Positions 46,433 to 53,503 of a DNA stretch of 60,194 bases are shown one piece after another. The translations under genes were made by a program, and so were the position numbers. The DNA is from a bacterium (GTDB lineage: Bacteria; Actinomycetota; Acidimicrobiia; Spongiisociales; JAENVV01), in NCBI GenBank assembly GCA_024639975.1, contig JAHEFX010000004.1, positions 1 through 60,194 on the forward strand. Direction: 5' to 3'. Each line of letters starts with the position of its first letter. Position 1 is the first letter of the stretch. Below the pieces are notes generated by a model. It ran no database searches and was not told the origin of the DNA. It was given only the letters and a program-made list of their open reading frames with translations.

Positions 46433-47455
46433 TCAGGCGCCGAGCCGTTTGCGGGCCGACTCCAGGTCCCCCTGCCAGGTGTCCATCACGAGGATCGGAC
46501 TGAATCCCATGGTCAGGTTGATGTTGAGCATCGGCTCGTTCGAACCTGCGTTGAAGGTGTCGACGCGCTCCATCCCGGGAACTGCGTCGCGCACCCGAAG
46601 GACGTTGGTGGCTTTCATCCAGCGGCCCAGGCCCCGGTTGCGATGGTCAGGGTGGGTGACGGTCTCCCACTGCCACGCCTGGGCCGCCTGGAGGTCGTCG
46701 GTCATGATCGAGGACGAGCCCACCCAGAGTCCGGAGGGTCGGTGCACCGCGACCACCGAATACAGCTTGCGCTTGGCCTCGGCCGTCCTGGCCTGCAGGT
46801 CACGCCAGATCTCGGGCGTGAGGACCTCATCCTCCATCTCGAGGTCCTCGCGGGGCTCGGTGTTCATCAAGAACTGCAGCTGGCACCATGGCTCGATGTG
46901 CTCGTCGGCGAACGGGGTCTCGAGGAGGAGCAGTTGGTAATCCCCCGCCCGCTCGTCGGCCCGTTCGATCCACGACCGCATCAAGCCGACATCGAGCGTG
47001 CCCATCGAGAGGCGACTGCGCTTCTCGCGATAGGCCATCTTCCAACCGGCCCGTTGGCACAGCTCCGCTTCGCTGCGGCCATTGATGACGTAGGTGTCGA
47101 CCAACTTTCGCCCCTGCGTCTCGAGGTCGTCGAACGCCGGGCGGAGGAGCGCCCGACCGATGCCCTCGCCACGCCGAGTGGGGGTCGTGCTGACCCTGAC
47201 GTAGCCGGCGTTCAGGTTGTTCTCGAGGTTCGCCCAGGTCACGGCGGCGCCCACGATCTCGACCCCATCGAAGGCGACCCACCGCATGACGCGCTCGTCC
47301 CTGCGGGTGGAACGTCGATCGAGGAGCCACCGCTCGAACGGCACCGGGTCGTCCTCGGGGAGCTCCTCGCGGTCGAGGGGTTCGTAGTACGCGTGGAGTC
47401 GACGGAGCACCGACTCGTCCGACCTGCCCGTGTCGACAGGTTCGATCCGGATCAT
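46433..47455 (-). CDS. Tandem GNAT family N-acetyltransferase
   Basis: Two acetyl-CoA motifs (RRGEGIG; HRNRGLG) and TFNAGSNEPMLNIN..MGF. Confidence 0.88.
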   Translation of the reverse strand: MIRIEPVDTGRSDESVLRRLHAYYEPLDREELPEDDPVPFERWLLDRRSTRRDERVMRWVAFDGVEIVGAAVTWANLENNLNAGYVRVSTTPTRRGEGIGRALLRPAFDDLETQGRKLVDTYVINGRSEAELCQRAGWKMAYREKRSRLSMGTLDVGLMRSWIERADERAGDYQLLLLETPFADEHIEPWCQLQFLMNTEPREDLEMEDEVLTPEIWRDLQARTAEAKRKLYSVVAVHRPSGLWVGSSSIMTDDLQAAQAWQWETVTHPDHRNRGLGRWMKATNVLRVRDAVPGMERVDTFNAGSNEPMLNINLTMGFSPILVMDTWQGDLESARKRLGA

Positions 47456-47519
47456 GGGCGGACGGTACAAGGTCGAGGACCTCGTTGCGGCCCCAATACC
47501 ACGAGCGCCCGGGACTCGA

Positions 47520-47906
47520 TCAGGGCTTGATCGAGCGCGCCCCCAGGAACGCCATTGCGAAGCCGGCGTAGCCGATGACCGCCCCCACTACCTCGATCAC
47601 CGAGTCCAGCTGGCTGTCGGCGAATCGGAGGTCTTCGATGAGCGTCAACGCCCCCAGGATTCCCAGCAGGTACCCCAGGGCCCTGAGGATGCCTGCCTTG
47701 GATCCGACGCCGTCGAACCAGTCGACCCTCGACACCAGCACGGCCACGATCGCCAGCACCAGCGGGATCCAAGCGATCCAGTACTCGTTCATGAGTAGGC
47801 CGAACACCACGTACACACCGATCAGTACCAGCGACCCCAGTCCGATCAAACCGCCCGTGGAACTGCCTCCGTCGGCAGCTGCCGACACCGGTTCCGAATC
47901 CTCCAT
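47520..47906 (-). CDS. Hypothetical membrane protein (4 TM)
   Basis: Four hydrophobic segments; RBS GGGAGG before ATG 47906. Confidence 0.7.
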   Translation of the reverse strand: MEDSEPVSAAADGGSSTGGLIGLGSLVLIGVYVVFGLLMNEYWIAWIPLVLAIVAVLVSRVDWFDGVGSKAGILRALGYLLGILGALTLIEDLRFADSQLDSVIEVVGAVIGYAGFAMAFLGARSIKP

Positions 47907-48002
47907 CCGACCTCCCGTCATCGACGTCAACGGTACGGCGTCGAATCCATGCGCGTCGGACGGATCGGCCTTCTTCTCGCTGGGCCCGGCGGGCTCGGGC
48001 GG

Positions 48003-48698
48003 CTACTCCGCCGGACCGGCGCTCGGCTCGTCCCCGGACTCGTCCGAGACCTCGGCTTCCGCTGCCCCGGGTGCCGACCCGAGGAGCTTCGCCTTCTCGA
48101 CCTCGAACTCCTCCGGCGAGATGACCCCCTCGTCGCGGAGCTTGGCGAGGTCCGTCAGATCGTCGTACTTGCCGCGCGATGGCGCAGCCGCGGTCGATGG
48201 CGCCGATCCACCCGACAGGTGGAGCGTGCGCTCTTCGCGCGCGTCGTAGATGGCCTTCTGGACCTCGGTCGGCTCCGGCACGTTCTTGAAGACCTGCAAG
48301 GAGTTCGCACCTGCCGACTCGACCGCCATGTCCCCATAGCCGAGCATCCGCTCGATCGGGCCCTGGGTCACGGCGACCGAGTTGATCGCGTCGACCGGGA
48401 TCTCCTTGCCCGACTTGGTGAAGAAACCGGTCCGAACGATGAGTCGCTCGTTGGTCACCCAGTAGCGGGTGGTGAGCCACTCGGTGATCGAGGTGGTCGC
48501 CGCAACGGCGCTGACCGCCAGGCCGGCCACCAGACCGATCAGCCCGCCCCAGACGAACCCGTCACCGATCCACCAACCCAGCCAGAGGCCGCCGACCCCC
48601 AGCACGAGGGCGAGCGCCATCCCGACGATGCCCGATCGCCAGTGCGCCCGGAACGTCATTCGGACTGCTTCCCCCGAGGTCAGGAATTCCTCTGCCAT
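48003..48698 (-). CDS. Membrane protein with bacterial PH domain and SHOCT domain
   Basis: Two TM helices; Y.VTNERLIVRTG...ERMLGYG (bPH_2); LAKLRDEGVISPEEFEVEKAKLL (SHOCT). Confidence 0.87.
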   Translation of the reverse strand: MAEEFLTSGEAVRMTFRAHWRSGIVGMALALVLGVGGLWLGWWIGDGFVWGGLIGLVAGLAVSAVAATTSITEWLTTRYWVTNERLIVRTGFFTKSGKEIPVDAINSVAVTQGPIERMLGYGDMAVESAGANSLQVFKNVPEPTEVQKAIYDAREERTLHLSGGSAPSTAAAPSRGKYDDLTDLAKLRDEGVISPEEFEVEKAKLLGSAPGAAEAEVSDESGDEPSAGPAE

Positions 48699-48800
48699 CC
48701 ACTCTCCTTTGATTCGGCCCGAACCCTACCGACCTGCCCGCTCGCGGCATGGTCGATGCGTATCGTGCACGGAGGCCAACACGGAAATTGGAGGGTCCGC

Positions 48801-50078
48801 GTGCTCATCGAGACGCCGCCGACGTTCGAACTCGCCTCACCGATGTATCGGGAGGCGTTGATCCAGTACGACTCGGTCGCCGAGTACGTCGACCTGGACG
48901 ACAACATCCGCCAACGCCTTCGACACCCCCAGCGGTCGATGGTCGTCTCATTCCCCTTCCGGCGCGACGACTACTCCGAGGTCGACACGGTCTACGGCTA
49001 TCGGGTCCAGCACCTGCACACGATGGGACCGACCAAGGGCGGCATTCGCTACGCCCCCGACGTGAACATCGGGGAGGTTGCCGCCCTGGCCATGTTCATG
49101 ACCTGGAAGTGCGCCATCATCGGCCTCCCCTTCGGCGGCGCCAAGGGCGGGGTCCGGATCGACCCGACGACGCTCACCCGCCCCGAGAAGCAGCGGGTGA
49201 CCCGCCGCTACACGTCGGAGATCATCGACTTCATCGGCCCCCATCGCGACATCCCGGCTCCGGACATGGGCACCGATGCCCAGACGATGGCGTGGATCAT
49301 GGACACCTACTCCCAACAGAAGGGCTACTCGGTACCGGCCGTGGTGACTGGCAAGCCTCCCGAGCTGGGCGGATCCGTGGCCCGTCGCGAAGCGACCGGT
49401 CGGGGGGTCATGTCCCTGCTACCGGCGGCCATGGCCCATCTCGGTCTCCCCCTCAGGGACACCCGGGTGGTCATCCACGGCTTCGGCAACGTCGGCAGGT
49501 TCGCCGCCATCGCCGGGGTCGAGATGGGCTGTCGAGTGATCGCCGTCAGCGACGTCAGCGGCGGGATCCACGACCCTGCCGGCCTCGACATCGCGAAGGC
49601 AACGGCCTGGGTGGACGAGCATGGCACCCTCGCCGACTACCCGGACGCCGACCACATCACGAACGACGAGCTGTTCGCCCTCGATTGTGAAGTCCTGGTC
49701 CCAGCGGCGATCCAAGGAGTACTCACGGGCACGAACGCGCCGGACGTCAAAGCGAAGGTGATCCTCGAAGGAGCGAACAACCCGACCACCTCCGAAGCGG
49801 ACGCCGTGTTCAAGGAGAACGGGATCTTCATCGTGCCGGACGTCCTTGCCAATGCGGGTGGCGTCACGGTCTCCTACTTCGAGTGGGTGCAGGACCTCCA
49901 GAACTACTTCTGGTCGGAGAACGAAATCGTTGCCCGTCTTCGCGAGATCATGGGCCGGGCCTTCGACGAGGTGCTCGCCCTATCGATCCGGGAGGGATTC
50001 GACATGCGTACCGCGGCCCTCGTGAAGGGCATCCGACGGGTCGGCGCCGCCAAGGCCGTCCGGGGGATCTACCCCTAG
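48801..50078 (+). CDS. gdhA: Glu/Leu/Phe/Val dehydrogenase (glutamate dehydrogenase-like)
   Basis: GPTKGGIRY, LPFGGAKGG, DIPAPD, GFGNVG, NAGGVTVSYFEWVQ. Confidence 0.9.
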   Translation: MLIETPPTFELASPMYREALIQYDSVAEYVDLDDNIRQRLRHPQRSMVVSFPFRRDDYSEVDTVYGYRVQHLHTMGPTKGGIRYAPDVNIGEVAALAMFMTWKCAIIGLPFGGAKGGVRIDPTTLTRPEKQRVTRRYTSEIIDFIGPHRDIPAPDMGTDAQTMAWIMDTYSQQKGYSVPAVVTGKPPELGGSVARREATGRGVMSLLPAAMAHLGLPLRDTRVVIHGFGNVGRFAAIAGVEMGCRVIAVSDVSGGIHDPAGLDIAKATAWVDEHGTLADYPDADHITNDELFALDCEVLVPAAIQGVLTGTNAPDVKAKVILEGANNPTTSEADAVFKENGIFIVPDVLANAGGVTVSYFEWVQDLQNYFWSENEIVARLREIMGRAFDEVLALSIREGFDMRTAALVKGIRRVGAAKAVRGIYP

Positions 50079-50722
50079 AAGCCCCGCTGGGGCAACGGTT
50101 CCCCGGTCGTCCACTCCCCTATGGAGGGACCACCGAGGCGGGCCAGGCGCCAGATGCCGTAGAAGTAGGTGCCGGTCAGGAGCGCCACGGTTCCCGGCCA
50201 GCCCCAAAGGATCCCGACCACAGCTTGGACCCAGGCTGCCTCGTCGAGCAGGACGCCTTGGACGAGGGCCCTCGAACCGAAGTAGGCCGCCCAGACGAGC
50301 GTCGTCTCGACGTAGGCCGGTCGCACCTTCGGATGCCGGTACCAGTCGTTCGGCCAGCGACGAAAGATCCTCGAGGTCCAGGCGACCATGGGCAGGCCGA
50401 AGAGGACGCTCACGACGGCCACAAGGGCTATGGCTGCCGATCGCACCACGCCCGGGAGGAAGAAGCCGCCCGCTCGACCCATGAGGAGCGCCAGGCCCGC
50501 GGCCCCGACCACGCCCAGGAGCCCGCCGAGGGCCCAGCCGGCGCTGCGACCGGTGACCCGTCGCCAGACGGTGATGGCGAGCGCGAGGACGATGGCAGTG
50601 GTCGCAGCGATGGGGAGCGACCAACCGGCGAGGATCCCGAAGACCAACACCGGGACTGCTCCGTCGAGGATGGTCCGACCCGCCAGCAGCTCGCGAGCGT
50701 CGGCCCAGAGTTCTTGCACCAT
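50075..50722 (-). CDS. DUF3159 family membrane protein
   Basis: PVLVF...GFFLPG...SV...P.V...AY...T..W pattern; multiple TM helices. Confidence 0.8.
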   Translation of the reverse strand: MVQELWADARELLAGRTILDGAVPVLVFGILAGWSLPIAATTAIVLALAITVWRRVTGRSAGWALGGLLGVVGAAGLALLMGRAGGFFLPGVVRSAAIALVAVVSVLFGLPMVAWTSRIFRRWPNDWYRHPKVRPAYVETTLVWAAYFGSRALVQGVLLDEAAWVQAVVGILWGWPGTVALLTGTYFYGIWRLARLGGPSIGEWTTGEPLPQRGF

Positions 50723-50753
50723 GTCCGGGATACGGATCTGCGTGCGGCCCGGA

Positions 50754-51566
50754 TCAGTCGGCGAACGCCGGACAGATGTCTTGGAACGAGCACCAATCAC
50801 AGAGGACCGACGTGGACGGCTTCCACGTATCGGTCTCGATCGCGCGGACGATGGAGTCCCAGATCGCCCGCACCTGCTTCTGCACGCCGTCGAGTACTTC
50901 GTCGTTCACCGACATCGAGTACTGGGTGGGCCCGTTCAGGTAGATGAGCCGCAGCTCGACGGGGGTCCGACCCAACCGCTGGCGGATCAACATGGCGTAG
51001 ATCTTCATGGCGAAGAAGGCCGACGCCGCGTAGCGCTCGGGCGGCGCCTTGCCGGTCTTGTAGTCGAGAATCACGAGCTCGCCATCCGGACGCTCGTCGA
51101 TCCGGTCGAGGATGCCACGGATCACCATCCCGTCGAGCTCCTCGACCAGGTCGAGCTCCCGATCCATCGGCACCACCTGCTGGGGGTCCTCGATCCCGAA
51201 GTAGTTGGCGAGCAGCTCCATCGAGGCGACGCCCCAGGCCCGCTCGTCCTCGGCCGTCTCGAACAGGCCCTCGTATTCCTCGCTACCACGAAGCTCGGTC
51301 CACGCCTTGCGGAACAGGTCGTAGAGCACCTCCGGAGCCCGTTCATCGGCGGGCCGGTCATAGAACCACTCGAGGGCGAGGTGGGCGGTGGTCCCGCGGG
51401 CCTGGTGGACGGTGGTCGGCTCGGGCAGCTTGTCGATCGATCGGAACTTGTAGAGCTGCGGGCACTGCTTGAAGTCCGATGCCCGGCTCGGGCTCAGCGT
51501 TGCGAGCACGATGGGTTCGTCGGCGTTGGGGGAGGCGTCGGAGGCGGCTTGGGCGGGGCTGGTCAC
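50754..51566 (-). CDS. RecB-family PD-(D/E)XK nuclease with 4-Cys (Fe-S) staple
   Basis: LSPSRASDFKQCP, GT.AH, GILDRID...ILDYKTGK, C-terminal LCDWCSF..IC. Confidence 0.9.
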   Translation of the reverse strand: MTSPAQAASDASPNADEPIVLATLSPSRASDFKQCPQLYKFRSIDKLPEPTTVHQARGTTAHLALEWFYDRPADERAPEVLYDLFRKAWTELRGSEEYEGLFETAEDERAWGVASMELLANYFGIEDPQQVVPMDRELDLVEELDGMVIRGILDRIDERPDGELVILDYKTGKAPPERYAASAFFAMKIYAMLIRQRLGRTPVELRLIYLNGPTQYSMSVNDEVLDGVQKQVRAIWDSIVRAIETDTWKPSTSVLCDWCSFQDICPAFAD

Positions 51567-51706
51567 GCTCCTGATCGTAGGAGGGGGGTCGGACGGAAAC
51601 GCGTATCCATCCCCGGTCCATGCTCGTTTTCGACCAGAGCGCGAAATTCTCACCCGGTTCGCGAAAAGAACGGCCTGATTTCGGGTTCGGGACCCTCCGG
51701 ATGGCA

Positions 51707-51712
51707 TATAGT
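51707..51712 (+). promoter_or_regulatory. Sigma-A-like -10 element for the putative ncRNA
   Basis: TATAGT in the AT-rich patch ATATAGTTCCTATT, about 7-9 nt before the hairpin array begins. Confidence 0.6.
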
Positions 51713-51719
51713 TCCTATT

Positions 51720-52233
51720 GCACGAACCGGAGCGATCCGGGGAGTGCCGGGACCGGAGCGATCCGGGACCGGGCCGACGATCGGACCATGCGGAACGAGC
51801 GTCGGCGGACCCCCACAGGTCCGCCTCGGCCGGTGCAGCGCCTTCGGGTGGCGATCGGACGGGTGGGTCGGGGAGGCTCCCCCGGGGAGCGGCCTTCGGG
51901 CCGGGCCACGGGGACCGACGGACGGGAGACCGGACGGCGGAGTCGACACTTCGGTGTCGATGGCCACCCGGACTCGACAGTGAAGTGGACGAGAGTCCAC
52001 GGCCCTCGGACGGGGCCCGAAAGGAAGCCGACCGAAGGTTGCCGGAAGACCGGCGGAGCCGACCGCAAGGAAGGCGCCGAACGGAGCTGGCAGGCCGCAG
52101 ACGCAGGCATGGCTGCAGTGGCTGGTCGGAAGCGACCCAGGTCGCCGAAGACAGGCATCAGGCTCACGCTGGATGCCACGGGAGCCCCGAGGGGGCGGAA
52201 GCCGAAAGGCTGAAGCTTTCTCGGGGCTTTCCC
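51720..52233 (+). ncRNA. Large structured non-coding RNA (Ms1-like candidate or novel family)
   Basis: Gene-free interval with dense stems capped by stable tetraloops: CCGGA-GCGA-TCCGG twice, CGCC-TTCG-GGTG, CGGCC-TTCG-GGCCG, TCGACAC-TTCG-GTGTCGA, GTGGAC-GAGA-GTCCAC, CC-GAAA-GG, CC-GCAA-GG, AGCC-GAAA-GGCT; -10 upstream and a long closing stem at the 3' end. Confidence 0.75.
52180..52233 (+). terminator. 3' terminal stem of the putative ncRNA (also convergent with ybaK)
   Basis: GGGAGCCCCGAG...CTCGGGGCTTTCCC enclosing a GAAA-capped hairpin. Confidence 0.6.
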
Positions 52234-52243
52234 ATGTCCGGGG

Positions 52244-52714
52244 TCAGTTGGTGAGGTCTGCCACCGTTGCCGCCAGCACGCCCCGGAATGCGGCTGGATC
52301 CACGGAGACGAGGAGGCCGCGCCGACCGCCGTTGACCAGTACCTCGTCGAGGTCGGCAAGCCGTTCATCGCACAGGACCTGCACGCGACGCCGGGTACCG
52401 AACGGCGAGATGCCACCGATCCGGTATCCCGTGACCTTCTCGGCCTGTTCTTCGGTCGCCGGTGCCACCTTCTTGGCGCCGAGCAGGCGTCCGACCGAAC
52501 GCGTCGAGATCTCTCGGTCACCGGGAGCCACGACCAGTACGGGCTCGCCATCGGCTTCGAGCACGATGGTCTTGGCGACCAGTCGGAGCTCGACGCCGAG
52601 GGCTTCGGCTGCGCCGGCCGCCCCGCCGCCGGCGTATCGATACGGATGGGTCCCGAAATCGACGTCGTGACCCCGCAGTTGGCGCGTCGCCGCCGTCTGT
52701 CCGACGCCTGCCAT
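52244..52714 (-). CDS. ybaK: YbaK/EbsC aminoacyl-tRNA deacylase
   Basis: AAEALG...KTIV, A...TGY.IGGISPFG, VNGGRRG. Confidence 0.9.
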   Translation of the reverse strand: MAGVGQTAATRQLRGHDVDFGTHPYRYAGGGAAGAAEALGVELRLVAKTIVLEADGEPVLVVAPGDREISTRSVGRLLGAKKVAPATEEQAEKVTGYRIGGISPFGTRRRVQVLCDERLADLDEVLVNGGRRGLLVSVDPAAFRGVLAATVADLTN

Positions 52715-52715
52715 G

Positions 52716-53288
52716 TCAGTCCGGGGCACTGAAATGGGCGACGACGCGGTCAGCCGCTTCTGCCGCCCACTCGTGGGCGAGGGGCAAGGGCATCTCGGCA
52801 ACGGCCAACGAGTCCTCGACACGGGTCGTCGCCCCGAGCTGTCCGAAGACCTCGATCATCTTGCGATTCTCGGCCAGGACGATGCCGACGAACTCCTCGA
52901 CCCCGTTCTGCATGGCCGTGCGGGCCAGCACCGAAAGAAGGAAGGAGCCGATGCCGAGGCCTTGATAGTCGTCGACGACCGTGACCGCCGCTTCTGCCCT
53001 CGGCTCGCCCTCCAGCCGGACGTAGCGGGCGATGCCGGCCGGACGCAGCTCGCCGTCATCGTCGATCAGACATCCCCAGGCGGCATGGTCGTGCTGGTCG
53101 AGCTCTGTGAGGTAGACGAGCTCGTCCTCGGTCAGCTCACGGACGATCCGGTGGAACCGGAAGTAGTTACTCAGCTCGCTGAGCTGGCTCAGCGCCGTCT
53201 GGAGCATCTCCTTGTCCTCGGGCGCGATCTGGCGGACATGGACCACGACCCCACGCGGGAGCACGACGCGGAGCGGATCGGGCGACAT
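52716..53288 (-). CDS. GNAT family N-acetyltransferase
   Basis: LSELSNYFRFH, GIARY, AEAAVTVVDDYQGLGIG, VLAENRKM. Confidence 0.9.
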   Translation of the reverse strand: MSPDPLRVVLPRGVVVHVRQIAPEDKEMLQTALSQLSELSNYFRFHRIVRELTEDELVYLTELDQHDHAAWGCLIDDDGELRPAGIARYVRLEGEPRAEAAVTVVDDYQGLGIGSFLLSVLARTAMQNGVEEFVGIVLAENRKMIEVFGQLGATTRVEDSLAVAEMPLPLAHEWAAEAADRVVAHFSAPD

Positions 53289-53345
53289 GGGGGAATCGTA
53301 CGCACGGAGAAGAATCCGTCACACCCTCCCCGTACCGTTTGGTCC

Positions 53346-53465
53346 ATGAAAGAGATCGAAGACATCCTCGAAGAAGCAGGCCTCGAGTTCGAGGTCCTCC
53401 ATGTCGGGCCGGCAGCTCTCTGCACGGGCTGCCTCGACGGCGCAGACCTTCCATTGGCCGCCTAG
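53346..53465 (+). CDS. Small hypothetical protein (39 aa), CxxC and C-terminal LPLAA
   Basis: MKEIEDILEEAGLEFEVLHVGPAALCTGCLDGADLPLAA*; fills the intergenic gap; -10-like TACCGT 7 nt upstream. Confidence 0.55.
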   Translation: MKEIEDILEEAGLEFEVLHVGPAALCTGCLDGADLPLAA

Positions 53466-53503
53466 GCGCCACCGACAACACCTGCTATCACCGTCCCCGG
53501 GAC

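Noticed and set aside
50754-51566. Cas4 of a CRISPR system
   Set aside because: No cas1/cas2 or array nearby; it matches the stand-alone actinobacterial RecB-family nuclease.
51720-52233. RNase P RNA, tmRNA, SRP RNA or CRISPR array as the identity of the structured region
   Set aside because: There are no GAGGAAAGUCC/CGGCUUA RNase P elements, no tRNA-like tmRNA ends or tag ORF, no SRP helix-8 motif, and no regularly spaced repeats with spacers.
51620-52551. ORFs crossing the structured interval (51620-52213, 51718-52254, 51650-52000, 51715-52551)
   Set aside because: Arg/Gly/Pro-rich translations with no recognisable domains; the hairpin and tetraloop pattern explains the sequence better.
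53346-53465. tmRNA tag-reading frame
   Set aside because: It has its own ATG and promoter-like element, with no flanking tRNA-like domain or pseudoknots; treated as a microprotein instead.
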